Source: the human T2T-CHM13v2.0 reference genome, Homo sapiens. Taken from it: a stretch of 64,000 bases of DNA. Shown one piece after another: positions 11,806-23,613 of this stretch. The stretch covers positions 16,288,001-16,352,000 of the forward strand of contig CP086569.2 in assembly GCA_009914755.4 (NCBI GenBank), given 5' to 3'. Under the pieces are notes generated by a model. The model saw only the letters and a list, made by a program, of their open reading frames with translations, did not search any database and had not been told where the DNA came from. The position numbers and the translations under genes were made by a program. The stretch's first letter is position 1, and each line of letters opens with the position of its first letter.

Positions 11806-12536
11806 TGTGTCTGAAATTGGTGGGTTCTTGGTCTTGCTGATTTCAAGAATGAAGCCGCGGAATCTTGTGGTAAGTGTAACAGTTCTTAAAGATGGTGTGT
11901 CTGGAGTTTTTTCCTTCTGATGTTTGGACATGTCCAGAGTTTCTTCCTTCTAGTGGGTTCATGGTCTCACTGACTTCAAGAGTGAAGCTGCAGGCCTTCA
12001 AAGTGAGTGTTACTGCTCTTAAAACAGCTCTTAAAGGTGGCACATGGACACAAAGAGTGAGCAGGCGCAAGATTTATTGTGAAGAGCAAAATAACAAAGC
12101 TTCCACAGCATGAAAGGGGACGCAAGCAGGTTGTTGCTGCTGGCTGGGGTGGCCTGCTTTTATTCCCTTATCTGGCCCCACCCACATCCTGCTGATTTGT
12201 CCATTTTACAGAGAACTGATTGCTCCATTTTACAGAGAGCTGATTGGTCCGTTCTATAAAGAGCTGATTGGACCATTTTGACAGAGTGCTTACTGGTGCA
12301 TTTACAAAACTTTAGCTAGACACAGAGTGCTGATTGGTGCATTTACAATACTTTAGCTAGACAAAAAAGTTCTCCAGGCCCCACCAAACTACCTAGACAT
12401 AGAGAACTGATTGGTGCGTTTACAAAACTTGAGCTAGACACAGAGTGCTGATTGTTGCATTTATAATCCTTTAGCTAGACAGAAAAGTTCTCCAAGTCCC
12501 CACTCAACCCAGAAGCCCAACTGGCTTCAACTCTCA
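11806..12536 (-). mobile_element. LTR12 (HERV9 5' LTR), about 730 bp, with a longer CCAAT-repeat array at 12180-12480
   Basis: It has the same R/U5 as the 3' LTR (tgtgtctgaaattggtgggttcttggtc...). U3 carries at least six units of gattggtgc(a/g)tttacaa(a/t)ac/cctttagctagaca. Confidence 0.85.
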
Positions 12537-13019
12537 TTAGTACAACTCTTCAAGCATTTCCCTATACAAATGCTAAAGGATTTGACTATGGTTACTGCCT
12601 GAGAACCCCTGAGAATGTTACATGTCATGGAACATATGAATTATAATACCTTTTAAAAATAATAATTAAAAAATCTAAATTTTTAAATTTTTAAATCTGC
12701 CTCCATAGGTCTTGGATAAGGAATTATGAACCCAAGTTTATGACTGCTTACTTATGAAGTTACACTTTAAACATCTTACACAAATGAATCAACTTAATGC
12801 ATTTCTCCCTTAAATTTACTTGATATATCTTGAACCTAATTTTTATTATTCCTAATTACAAAAAGGACAAAAATCCCAAAGCCAGTGTTTTGTGCTAGTT
12901 AGGCTGGTTCCTTAAAGACACAAAATAAACTATAAAAAGGGCTGATCTTGAGTTAGAATCAAATTGTCACAATCTGACAGTTATAACGATATTCACTGAC
13001 TCTGTGTGTGTTTTAAAAG

Positions 13020-13306
13020 TTCGGTTTGTTTTCATTATGAGACAAGGTCTCATCCCAGTGTAGTGGGGTGATCACATCCCACTGCAGCACTGACCTCTTG
13101 GAGACAAGTGATCCTCCTGCCTCACCCTCCCAAGTACCTGGGGCTAAAGATGTGCACCACCACACCAGGCTAATTTTTAAATTTTTTGTAGAGACAGGGT
13201 CTCCTTATATTGCCCAGCCTAGTCTTGAACTCCTGGCCTGAAGTGATCTTTCCACCTTGGCTTCCCAAAGTGCTCGGATTACAGACATGAGCCAAGGTGC
13301 CCAGCC
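13020..13306 (-). mobile_element. Alu SINE, antisense
   Basis: tttgttttcattatgagacaaggtctcatcccagtgtagtggggtgatcacatcccactgcagc ... cccaaagtgctcggattacagacatgagccaaggtgcccagcc. Confidence 0.9.
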
Positions 13307-14194
13307 AGGAGTTTAACCTCTTACTGATCATGTTACCAAAGAGATTTGGTCAACAAGATCAAGGCCCATCTCCTGGGTAGACTCCTCTGATACTTCTTTC
13401 CTTGCTTGTACTTCCTTCTGTTCAGCTGGGAAAGCAGTGAGGCGGGAGGACTGCCTACAGGTACGGGTCCAGCAGCCCTTATACTACTCCTGGAGGCTCT
13501 CAACGTTGACTCTAGCTGAGGCAGGTGTATAGGGGCAGAACTGCATGTGGATGCAGGTCTATCAGCCTGTCCACGCTATCAAAATGGCTCCTGATGTTGA
13601 CACTGGCCAGGCCCTTGAAAACAGGAAAGGTGAAAATGGTTCACCATTTACACTAGCTGCTTTAAGTAGGGCAATGATCTTATGTGATGGCCACCTCATT
13701 GCAGTGCAGAATTAGGGCCAAGTAGATGCAAGTGAGTTCCAACAAAGACAGAGGCCATGGTGTGCGGCTGCCACCACGGGACAGGGTGCTACTCACCCAA
13801 TAAGTGACGTTTCACCACAATATTAAGCTAAGCTTAAGATAAGCTAAGGCTTTATCTTCTTTGGAAGGGCTGAGAACCTTAATGGCAGCTGAGGAAAAAG
13901 GGTCAGCAGTGTCTTTGAATGTGTGGAAAGTAATGTATTTTAAAGTGATGTTTCTTTAATTAGAAAACCCAGCATCCAGTACGTTTTGATAGAAGTGGTG
14001 TCATTTTTCTAAACCATTCTGACGGTACACTGTAGATAATCAGTAATTGTTGAATTTATTTAAAATGTACACCCACTAGCTTTGTTCATTGAAGATATTC
14101 TACTGCTTGTTTCCTTAACACCCTGATTCTCAAAGTGAGGTTGCAGGACCAGCAGCATCAGTATTATGTGAGACGCTGTCCAACTACATATTCT

Positions 14195-14630
14195 TGGGCT
14201 CTGTCTTAGTCTATTTTCCGTTGCTTATTAACAGCCTACCTAAAACGTGATAATTGATTAAGATATTTATTCTTACAGTTATGGGGGCTGAGAAGACCAA
14301 TGTCAAGAGACTGCTTTTGGGGGTGGTCTTCTTCCTCATGGGGACTCCATACAGCCCCAAGATGTCACATGGCATCACATCTCAAGGGGTCTGAGGGCAC
14401 AAGCTCAGGTCTCTCTTCCTCTTCTTATAAAGCCACAGTCCCACTCCTTTGATGATAACCCATTCATCCAATAACTCATTAATCTATTAATCCATGAATG
14501 AAAGGGTCCATTTATGAGGTCAGAGCCTTCATGACCCAACACCTCTTAAAGGTCCCACACCTCTCAATACTGCCACAGTAGAGATTAAGTTTCAACATGA
14601 GTTTCAGAGAGAATAAACATTCAAACCACA
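14195..14630 (+). mobile_element. MaLR-type LTR-like interspersed repeat (MST/MLT family)
   Basis: The 3' end reads agattaagtttcaacatgagtttcagagagaataaacattcaaaccaca (compare MaLR ends ...ttcaacatatgaatttggggggacacaattcagcccataaca). There is an internal ttcttataaag box. Family assignment is from memory only. Confidence 0.4.
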
Positions 14631-16756
14631 CAGCAGGCCCCACACCAGGTCTACAGAATCAGAAACTGGGGTGGGGCCCAGCAATGCGTGTTTTACAGAG
14701 CCCTCTCAGTGATTTGAATGTGTGCTCAAGTGGAGGGCCACTGACCTGGCATTATGTTTTCATGGAAGACTTATGTTCTATAAAGTTGTGATTTTAAAAA
14801 TGTATTAATCTTAACTAAGAAGTGTTTAATTATACATATACAAATGTAGAAGTTAGTACAAATTAAAGAATAAACTGTCTATGATGACATTCATCCCAGT
14901 ACTTACTTGCCTTTATATTGTATTCCATTATGACTCTGCTACATTTCTTTTCCTATTTCCTTCTGTTACCTGCCAAATCAGACTTATCTTAATGTGTTTG
15001 TAATGAAAACAAGATTTAAAAGTAAGTACCCTTAAATATACCCCATTCTTTCTCAAGTTAATTGCAGTAAATAATTCCAATAAACTGGAGTTCTCAGTTA
15101 ATCATAGTTAATTAGGTCTGGATGAAATCAGACGTACAATTCAATGAAAGTAATGCACAGCATTCTCACGGACATGGCCAGCATAAAGCGCTTATGAAGA
15201 GACATCTTAATACAATAGTTCTTTTAAATAAACATGAATCTTGGAATAAAAACATTGACAATTTAATGGCACATACTATATTCAAAGATTAATTGGCTCA
15301 TCTCTCTTAAATGAAAATCAAGTAAGAACCATTTTCTAGGCTAGAATCATTACACATGTAACCACAGTTGTCCTTGGTGACCTTCTTTTGAGAGTAACTA
15401 CTGAAGCTTTTACATCTTTGTTATATGTGTATGTTCTAACATAAGATCCTCCTTTTCTTCTAGTGAAAGAATTTCCAGGTTTATGAAAGGTATTATTGGA
15501 AAATAAGGGTCAATTTCCAAAACCCAACTTTCAATCAGTAGCACAGCAATCCTAAAAATTGAGCTTTGAACTACATAAGCTTGGAAACACAGCCCTTCAC
15601 AGCAGAAGGGTTTCAGCCCTCTGAAATGGCTAGTTCGGATATCTGGGGTTGCCTTGGGCTTTTTTTGACCTTTGTACACATCCAAACTTACTTAATAATT
15701 CCTAGAACCCTAATGCAAAAACTGTTCTGGAAGGTCTGCTGTGGGCAACAGCTGTTTAACATTGCTCTCTATGCTCCTGGCACACAGCACAGAGCCCAGA
15801 TCCTGTCGGCAGCGCTATTTCACTTAACTACCAGAGTTGCTTCCATGCACATGCCTGCAAAGAGGGGCTGGCCTGAGCCTGCAGTGAGGAGTGAGGCCAA
15901 ACCACACCACCATGGACTGGAAGAGTCTTACCTGCTCAAAGCTTCCTAGTGTCACAAGAAGGCATTATTAGATTTGCGGGAAGACAGGAGAAGCCCATGA
16001 AAAACAACAGATTTTGGTTAATGAGGAGGCACTGGGTTAAGTTATAAAGATCCTGTACATGTGTGAAGGTAAATGAGAATGACTTCAAATAAGAATGAGC
16101 AGAAGCTGTTCATTTAGAGCTTGCACAGCAAGAGAGTTGGACATTGGCACATGCCTCTGGCTGAAGTTCAAATGCAGATGGGGGAGCAGGAAAGCTTTAC
16201 AATGGGAAAAGACAGGCCTAAGGTGGGCCCTGACTGGAGGCTGTTGTTGTGGGGACTGGGGGTGACTAACTAGAAGTGAGTCATCCCATGGGATTGGCTG
16301 GGGAAACATTTTTGTTCTCTGGCTGGTGGTGGAAAGTCTTCAGGCATGCCTGAGACAATCAAGTCCCTTAAAAGAGAGATAGTCATTGAGCTGACCAAGG
16401 ACCCTGTGGCTTCCAGCTAGACACATGGGATGAGTATAGCAGCCCTTCCTACTCTGGCCTACCTCCTGGCTTCCTCGCAGCCACCTTGGCCATCCAAAAG
16501 CAAACCCATAGCATGTTCCCAGTTGAACACTGAGCCAGGCTCTTGTCTCTAGGTCCTGGGCCCTGGGCCCCCTGCCATGCTCAGCCACATTCACAATTCC
16601 ACATTCCACAAGCATTCCTGCATCCCTTAACACATGCCCTTGCCTAGCCTTTGGTAATAACCAATCAGAATGAACTAATCTCCATGCCACATCTACATCA
16701 AAAAGACCCTGCATCAGGTCAATGTTTATGAGGAGAAACTGCAATGGGCAGTAATA

Positions 16757-17140
16757 GAGTTTGTATACTTACTGCCTCCTAAATCTCATGCTGAATTTTA
16801 GCCCCCAGTGTTGGAGTCAAGACTTGGTGGGTGCTATCTTGATCATGGGGGCATATCCTCCATGAATGGCTTGGGCCAGTCCCACCTTGGTGATGAGTGA
16901 GCTCTCGCTCTGAGTTCACACAAGATCTGGTGGTTTTAGTGTGTGGCACCTCCCTCACAATTATCTCTTGCTCATGCTTTCACCATGTTACAAGCCTGCT
17001 CCCACTTAGTTTTCCACCATGATTGTAAGCCTCCTGAGGACTCCCCCAAAGCAGCTGCTTCTATGCTTCCTGTAAAACCTGCAGAAATGTGAGCCTATTA
17101 AACTGCTGCTTTTATAAATTATCTAGACTCAGACTTTTCT
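16757..17140 (+). mobile_element. MaLR solo LTR (MST/THE1-like)
   Basis: The sequence cctaaatctcatgctgaattttagcccccagtgttggag...ttgatcatgggggc...gagctctcgctctgagttcacacaagatctggtggttttagtgtgtggcacctccc...ccaccatgattgtaagcctcctgagg...gtgagcctattaaactgc...ttataaattatctagactcag is typical. Confidence 0.85.
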
Positions 17141-18692
17141 TTAAATAAATGCAAGCACAGCCTAATATAGGAAATTTGTAGCAGAAGTGGTGTGTTCCTA
17201 CAAGGATGTCAGAACAGAGAAGGATGAAAATTTGCAGTGTCTTAGGGAATGGTTGTGATCAAAATGCTGATAGTGATATGGTTGGTGAAGTCCAGGCTAA
17301 CAAGGTCTCAGATGGAAATGAGAAACTGCAAACTGGAGGAAAGGTCACACATGTTATTTCTTAGCAAAGAAATTGGCTGCATTCTCTTCATGTCCTACGG
17401 TTCTGTGGAAGTTTGAACTTCAGGGTAATCATTTAGGCTGTCTAGCAGAGGAAATTTCTAAGCAGCAAAGCATGCCTGATGTAACCTGGCTGCTTCTAAT
17501 AGCCTCTACTCAGATGTGGAAACAAATAAATGACAAAATTGGAAGTTATATTTAAAGGGGAGACAGCATAAAAGTTTGGGAAATATGTGCTTGTCCATGT
17601 GGCAAACAAAAAGCTTTTTCAGGAAAGGAACTCAAGCAGGCTGTGAAACAACCACTTGCCAGAGACATTTGCATACCTAAAAAAGAGGCAAATGCTGATA
17701 CAAAGACGGTGGGGGAAAAGGCCTCAATGGTATTTCAGAAGTCTCCAAGGCAGCATCTCCCATCACAGGCCTAGGGTCCTAGAAAGGAAGAGTGGTTTCC
17801 TGAGACAGGCCCAGGGCCCAGCTGCCTCAGGACACTGCTACCCACATCCCAGCTGTTCCAGCTTCAGCCAGGGCTCAAAGGGAGCTCACCCTGGTGCTCT
17901 GAACAGCAAAAACCACATGGCTCGTTGGCTTCCACAGGATGCTAAGTCTGCAGGCACACAAACTGCAAGAGTGAATAAGGCTTGGTCCTCTCTGCCTAGA
18001 TTTCAAAGGTTGTATAGAAAAATCTGAATGTCAAGGCAGAAGCCTCCTGTAGGGGCAGAGCTCTCACTGAGAACCTATACTACAGCAATATGGAGGGGAA
18101 ATGTGGGATTGGAGGCCTCATAATGTCCTCACTGCGGCACTGCCTAGTGGAGCTGTAGGAAGACGGCCACGATCCTCCAGACCCAAGAATGGTAGATCCA
18201 TCAATATCTTGCTCCCTGTAAAAGCTGTAGACACTCAACTCCAGCCAGTGACCAGCAGCCTTGAGGGCTGCATGCTGCAAAGCCAAAGGGGTGGAGTTGC
18301 CCAAGGCCTTAGGATCCCACTTCTTGGACAAGTGTTGTCTGAATATGGGACATGGAATCAAAGGACATTATTTTGTAGCTTTCAAATTTAATGACTGTCC
18401 TGTTAGGTGTCAGATTGTGTGGGGCCTGCAGCCAATATCTGTTGGCTGATTTCTCCCTTATGGAACGGGAATATTTACCCAATGCTTATTCCTCCATTGT
18501 ATCCTAGAAGTAAATAACTTGTTTTTGATTGTGCACGCTCACAGGTAGAAAGGACTTGCCTTGCCTCAGATGGGAGTTTGCACTTTTGAGTTAATATTGG
18601 AATGAGTTAAGATTTGTGGGGGTTATTGGGAAGGCGTGATTGTATTTTGCAAAGTGAGAAGGACAGAAGATTCAGGAAGGGCCAGGGACAGG

Positions 18693-18833
18693 ATGATATA
18701 GTTTGTGCATTTGCTCCCATCCAAACCTCATGTTGAATTGTAATCTTCAGTGCCGGAGGTGAAGCCTGGTGGTGGGCGTATGGATCATGGTGGCAAATCC
18801 CTCATGAATGGTTTGGGACATCCCCTTAGTGGT
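18693..18833 (+). mobile_element. 5' part of an MST-type MaLR LTR that was split by the HERV-K insertion
   Basis: The sequence gatatagtttgtgcatttgctcccatccaaacctcatgttgaattgtaatcttcagtgccggaggtg...gatcatggtggcaaatccctcatgaatggtttgggacatccccttagtggt runs straight into the HERV-K 5' LTR. Confidence 0.8.
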
Positions 18834-19249
18834 TGTTGGGAGAAAAGCTGAGTGTTGGGAGACAAGCCATGGCTGGGCTTGGAACATGTCTGGGGTCCAG
18901 GGTTCTAAAACTCTAGTGGCCTTTGGAATGTGTCCAGACTAGCTGGATCCTTGTTTCCAGCACTCCCATTATCTCAAGAAGCCATCTGTTTCAAAGAAAA
19001 TGCTAAACCGTCACAGCTGTAGTTCGTTCACTTGACACATCACTTCCTTTCAACTCCCACATTCTCACCAACTGTTTCTTTGTTTGATCACCAATAAATA
19101 GTGTGGAATCCCAGAGCTCAGGGTCTTCGCATCCTCCATACTAGCTTTGGCTCCCTGGTCCAACTTTCTGTCTTGTCTTTTCTCATTCCTTTGACTCCAC
19201 TGGACTTTGTCGCCCCCATGGCCTGGTGTTGGGTCCAATCTCCCGAACA
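18834..19249 (+). mobile_element. HERV-K-type 5' LTR
   Basis: tgttgggagaaaagctgagtgttgggag ... caataaatag (polyA signal) ... ggtgttgggtccaatctcccgaaca, directly followed by the PBS. Confidence 0.8.
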
Positions 19250-19253
19250 TTCC

Positions 19254-19271
19254 TGGCACCCAACTTGGGGT
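19254..19271 (+). promoter_or_regulatory. PBS, tRNA-Lys(1,2)-like (TGGCACCCAACTTGGGGT)
   Basis: Compare the canonical Lys1,2 PBS TGGCGCCCAACGTGGGGC. There are 3 mismatches, all at CpG or transition positions. Confidence 0.6.
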
Positions 19272-19656
19272 GATGAAGACCCTGGTGAAGGAACGCTAGA
19301 GTGTGTAAAAGCAGAGGGCACATCATTAGAGGACACCTGAGGACGACTGAAAGAAGTTCAGCATGTAAGCTGGGTGCTTGGAAGAACCAGGGTAACAATG
19401 TGACAAGGTGAAAGCAAACATTCTGCTTATTTGAATTTCTTAAGGCATTTATTATGAAGAGGGGGAGTGAAATTTAGTACTCAGAATTTATCGCTCTTTA
19501 GTACAGAAAAACAGTTTTGCTCATGGTTTCTGGAACAAGAGACTGTGGAGTTAGATGAATAGGAGAGAACTGGAAGATATTTTAAAAAGGCGTATAAAGA
19601 TGGAGCAAAAATTCCAGTTGCCATTTGGCCAATATGAGCGCTAATAAAGTCAGCTC

Positions 19657-20615
19657 TTGAGCAATTTCAAACAGATGATGAGGCAGATTCAGATGGGGAA
19701 GAGGAAAACAAGTGTAAAAAAACTAACCTCAGATTCTGAGTATAAGGAACAGCTATCAGAGGAGATTAAAGAAAACAAAGGAAAACTAAAAAAGGTATGT
19801 TTTACTAGCCCATCTGCTCCACCTGCTGAATTAAGTGAATGGCCACTTCCTCTCTCTCCCCTTAATGGGAGAGAAAATGAATTAGCTGAAAAACTTACTG
19901 CTCCTGTAGTTGCAACATTAACACCTGCAGCAATTGGTGGTGCTATAAAAACTCTATTCAAAAAGCTAGAGCTGAGGGAGACCTTGAAGCATGGCATTTT
20001 CCAGTAACCCAGTAAGTTGGACAGAATATAGCAAATTGAGCAGCTTTTCCTTTTAAGTTATTAAAAGAATTTAAACAAACCATTAGTTAATATGACTGAA
20101 CTCTCCTTTCGTGCAAATTTGTCGAGAAATGTGGCTCTTGATAATAGGTTAATACCTCATGATTGGGATACTTTAACAAAACCTGTTCTCACTCCATCTC
20201 AGTATTTACAGTTTAAAACTTGGTGGGCTGATGAAGGTCAAACTTGGCAAGGGAAAAAACACAAGCGCAGCCACCTGAGCCTGTTTCCTTTGAATGGTTA
20301 ATGGGAGTTGGCCTAAAATGGGGTTGATTAGAGAATCAAGCAGTAATGGAGGATGTTGCCATTGTTCACATGCACTCTGTGTGCTTACAGATATGGGAAA
20401 GGATAAATATTATAGGGGAAAAATATCCTTTCAGTTCTGCTTGTCAAGGACCTAAAGAACCATATATTGATTTTATTGCTCAGCTCCAAGAGGTTGTGTA
20501 TAAATCCATAACTGATAAAACAGCTCAGGATGTTATAATACACCCTCTTGTATATGATAATGCTAATACAGAATGTCAAACTGCTATTAGACACCTGAGA
20601 GGGAAGTCTCATTAA
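19657..20615 (+). pseudogene. HERV-K gag remnant (MA/p15 region through the capsid major-homology region), in three ORF pieces
   Basis: 20092-20301 ...RLIPHDWDTLTKPVLTPSQYLQFKTWWADEG matches HML-2 HRLIPYDWEILAKSSLSPSQFLQFKTWWIDG. 20346-20615 carries the CA MHR and YDNANTECQTAIRHLRGK (vs YENANPECQSAIKPLKGK). Confidence 0.85.
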
Positions 20616-20742
20616 GCTGAATATATGAAGGCTTGCTATGGCATTGGAGGTAACTTACATAAGGCTACTCTTTTAGTTCAGGCTATGGCTGGATTGAAAG
20701 TAGGAAAGAATATGCCCCATTTCTCAGGCTCTTCCTTTAATT

Positions 20743-21246
20743 GTGCGCAATTTGGACACAAGGAATGTAGAAAAGGAAATGCTATTTAGTAATGGAAAGG
20801 CCTCATTTGCAGGACTTCAACAGCAAGTTTTTCAAACCACTTTTGCTTCCGCTCAAAGGGCTGAACTTACAGCTGTGACAACAGTGTTAAAATCTTTTAA
20901 ACAGCCAGTAAACATTGTTTCTGATTCAGCCTATGTAGTGCAAGCCACACAAAATATTCAATGTGCCTTAATTCAAAATGTGGCTGATGAACAACATAAT
21001 TTCATTCTTTACAGCAAGCAGTAAAACAGTCATTCCCCTTTCTATATCACTCATGTGAGAGCGCATACTTACCTCCCTGGCCCTTTAACTAAACTTAATC
21101 AAAGGACAGACTCATTGGTGTCTGTGGTCTTTTTTGACGCACAAACATTCCATTCTTTAATCTATCTTAATGCTGTAGGCCTTAGAAAAATATATGGTCT
21201 ATCATGGAAACAAGCTAAAGAAATAGTGCAACACTGTTCTGCCTGA
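20743..21246 (+). pseudogene. HERV-K pol RNase H remnant running into the integrase N-terminus. Gag NC, protease and RT (expected between 20620 and 20740) are deleted.
   Basis: [31 protein letters not shown] (RNase H). MRAHTYLPGPLTKLNQRTDSLVS...LNAVGLRKIYGLSWKQAKEIVQHC matches HML-2 [23 protein letters not shown]...[24 protein letters not shown]. Confidence 0.85.
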
Positions 21247-21269
21247 CAAGGCCTGCATCTGCCACATCA

Positions 21270-21940
21270 AGGAACAGGAGTTAACCCTAGAGGATTATCT
21301 CCAAATTCCATCTGGCAGATGGATGTAACACATATTCCTGTTTTGGAAAATTGTCCATTGTTCATGTGTCAGTAGATATCTATTCACATTTTATCTGGGC
21401 CTCAGGTTAAACAGGGGAAGCTACAGCTCATGTTAAAATATATCTTTTATCTTGCTTTTCAGTTATGGGAATCCCAGAAAAAATTAAAACTAATAATGGC
21501 TAAAGATACTGTAGTAAAGCCATGGCTACATTTTTTCAACACCAGAATATTACCCATACTATCGGTATTCCACATAACTCTCAAGGACAGGCAATAGTGG
21601 AAAGAGCTAATAGTACTCTAAAAACTCAAATACAAAAGCAAAAGGGAGGGGACCAGGAATATAAGACACCACACATGCAATTCCATTTCACTTTATTAAC
21701 ATTCAATTTTTTTAATTTACAAAAGATCAGCAGATGACTGCAGCTGAACAATACCTGACAGGGCAAAGGAAAATAAAAAGGCTGGACAAGGTATATGGTG
21801 GAGAGATTCCCATATAAAGAGCTGGGAAGATAGGAAGATAATTATATCGGAAAGAGGATTTGCTTGTGTCTCTCCAGGTGACAACCAGGTGCCTGTGTGG
21901 GTGCCCACAAAACATCTGAAAATCTATCAAGAACCATAGC
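21270..21940 (+). pseudogene. HERV-K integrase core/C-terminal remnant
   Basis: The ORF 21522-21737 has ...[54 protein letters not shown]. The reading frame at 21890-21940 gives [16 protein letters not shown] (HML-2: LPVWIPTRHLKFYNEP). Confidence 0.8.
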
Positions 21941-21944
21941 ATCA

Positions 21945-22238
21945 CTGGGTGTGGTGGCTCACACCTGTAATCCCAGCACTTTGGGAGGCCGAGACGGGCA
22001 GATCATGAGGTCAGGAGATTGAAACCATCCTGGCTAACATGGTGAAACCCCACCTCTACTAAAAATACAAAAAATTAGGTGGGTGTGGTTGTGGGCACCT
22101 GTAGTCCCAGCTACTTGGGAGGCTGAGGCAGGAGAATGGCGTGATCCGGGAGGCGGAGGTTGCAGTGAGCTGAGATCGTGCCACTGCACTCCAGCCTGGG
22201 CGACAGAGCAAGACTCCATCTAAAAAAAAAAAAAAAAA
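21945..22238 (+). mobile_element. Alu SINE (AluS/Y-like) inserted into the HERV-K integrase region. TSD is about 14 bp (GAACCATAGCATC / GAACCATAACATC).
   Basis: ggtgtggtggctcacacctgtaatcccagcactttgggaggccgag...ccagcctgggcgacagagcaagactccatct plus an A(17) tail. The direct repeats agaaccatagcatcact (21931-21947) and agaaccataacatctag (22238-22254) flank it. Confidence 0.9.
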
Positions 22239-22239
22239 G

Positions 22240-23184
22240 AACCATAACATCTAGTGGATCCAGCTGTACATTGCAAACTGAAGGTTTAAGGATTCCTTTT
22301 TTGCTATACTCTTGCACAAGAAGGATAAACCTCGATTTGCTTTCTGTATGCCTTCTGTTAATCAGAAAAAACCTGCTTCTGGTTATCAATGGTAAGTTTT
22401 GCCCCATGATAATTAACCAAAGAGTCAGAAGCTGAGTTACAAATGCTTCAGCAATAGCATGCCTCTTGGCTACAGAAAAAAAAAGAAAAAGAAAAAAGAA
22501 AAAAAAAAAGCCTTTTCTTCTCTTTCAGTAGATTTAGTAATGTGGGGGTTAGGGTATGTTTGTGTGTTTGCAGGAGATGAACAAACCATGTGGGTGCCCT
22601 CAAGATGTGTATGACCATGGAATGGGATACTGGAGGGACCCACGGATCCCAACCATGGACTGGGTTCCCCCAGTATGAGCCATGAACCAGTTGAATCTCA
22701 GTCATGCTGACATCAAACCCCATAACATGGGGACAGATCAAGAAAACCACACAGAAAGCTGGGAAACTGCTGGAGCACTAGGGTTTTACCTTTTACTGGG
22801 ATTCAGAGGTACAACAGATGCTTAATGGATCAATGCTTTCTGACTGAACTCCTCTCTACCATGAATACAAGAGGCACTAATAGGTAGGCAGGAATATCAT
22901 CACCCCAATTCAGCATGAAGAAGTTACAGAAGATGGACATTCATCCTTCTGCCACCCTTAGAACTAAGGGTCCTCTTGTAAAAGAGAAAGGAGAAATATG
23001 TAAGAGGCATTCAAATCATCAATCCTCTGAAATGGATTAAGATCACTGGAAGATCTACACTTAGGGATTTTGTTCTAATAATTTTGTGCTTGTCCTATCT
23101 CGTTTTAGTCTGAAGTTGCAGAAGCTGCCACTGGAGAGTAAGCTTCCATTGAGTACAAGCAATGATAGCTGTGGAGGTTTCACC
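22240..23184 (+). pseudogene. HERV-K env remnant (degraded, multiple stops), ending at the PPT
   Basis: Position fits: it lies between the integrase end and the PPT (aaaagaaaagggggg, 23185-23200). A frame with ...DEQTMWVPSRCV... weakly resembles the HML env N-terminus. This is mostly inference from position. Confidence 0.4.
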
Positions 23185-23202
23185 AAAAAGAAAAGGGGGG
23201 CA

Positions 23203-23613
23203 TTTGGGAGAAAAGCTGAATGTTGGGAGAGAAGCCAAGGCTGGGCTTGGAACATGTCCAGGGTCCAGGTTGTAAAACCCTTGTGGACTTTGTAATGTTT
23301 CCAGTCTTGCAGGCTCCTTCCTTCTAGTTCTCCCATTATCTCAAGTAGCCATATGTTTCAAAGAAAATGCTAAACCATCACAGCTATAGTTCATTCACTT
23401 GATACACTGCTTCCTTTCAATCTCCACATCCTCACCACCTGTTTCTTTCTTTGACCATCAATAAATAGCATGGCCCCCAGAGGTCTGGGCCTTTGCAGCC
23501 TCCATACTAACATTGGACCCCTGGTCCCACTCTCTCTTGTCTTTTCTTGTTCCTTTAACTCCACCAGACTTTGTCGCCCCCACAGCCTGGTGTTGGGTCT
23601 GATCACCCTAACA
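23203..23613 (+). mobile_element. HERV-K-type 3' LTR
   Basis: tttgggagaaaagctgaatgttgggagagaagcc...caataaatagcatgg...ggtgttgggtctgatcaccctaaca. It is about 15% diverged from the 5' LTR by eye. Confidence 0.8.

Larger units (their letters stand above)
5024..12536 (-). mobile_element. HERV9 (ERV9) provirus, internally deleted. Reading on the minus strand: 5' LTR12 - PBS - gag - pro - pol - (env largely deleted) - 3' LTR12.
   Basis: Both flanking LTRs are LTR12-type, with the U5 end rc(gaccaagaacccaccaatt(c/t)c(a/g)gacaca) and tandem ATTGG/CCAAT repeat units. The internal ORFs have gamma-retroviral gag MA/CA, protease, an RT with a YVDDLLLA motif, and RNase H. The env tail matches the HERV9 env copy found at 51.7-52.0 kb. 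Confidence 0.85.
18834..23613 (+). mobile_element. HERV-K superfamily (HML-group, betaretrovirus-like) provirus, heavily deleted, flanked by a GTGGT TSD
   Basis: There are two ~415-bp LTRs of the same type. The PBS is Lys-like and the polypurine tract (PPT) reads aaaagaaaagggggg. Gag CA and pol IN peptides match HML-2 motifs closely (for example QGPKEPYIDFIAQLQEVV vs [46 protein letters not shown] vs [30 protein letters not shown]). GTGGT sits at 18829-18833 and 23614-23618. Confidence 0.85.

Noticed and set aside
5024-12536. TSD for the minus-strand HERV9 provirus
   Set aside because: The flanks (…gtcttat|tgtgtctgg and ctctca|ttagtac) do not give a convincing 4-6 bp direct repeat. This may be mutational decay or imprecise LTR-end calls, so I do not claim a TSD.
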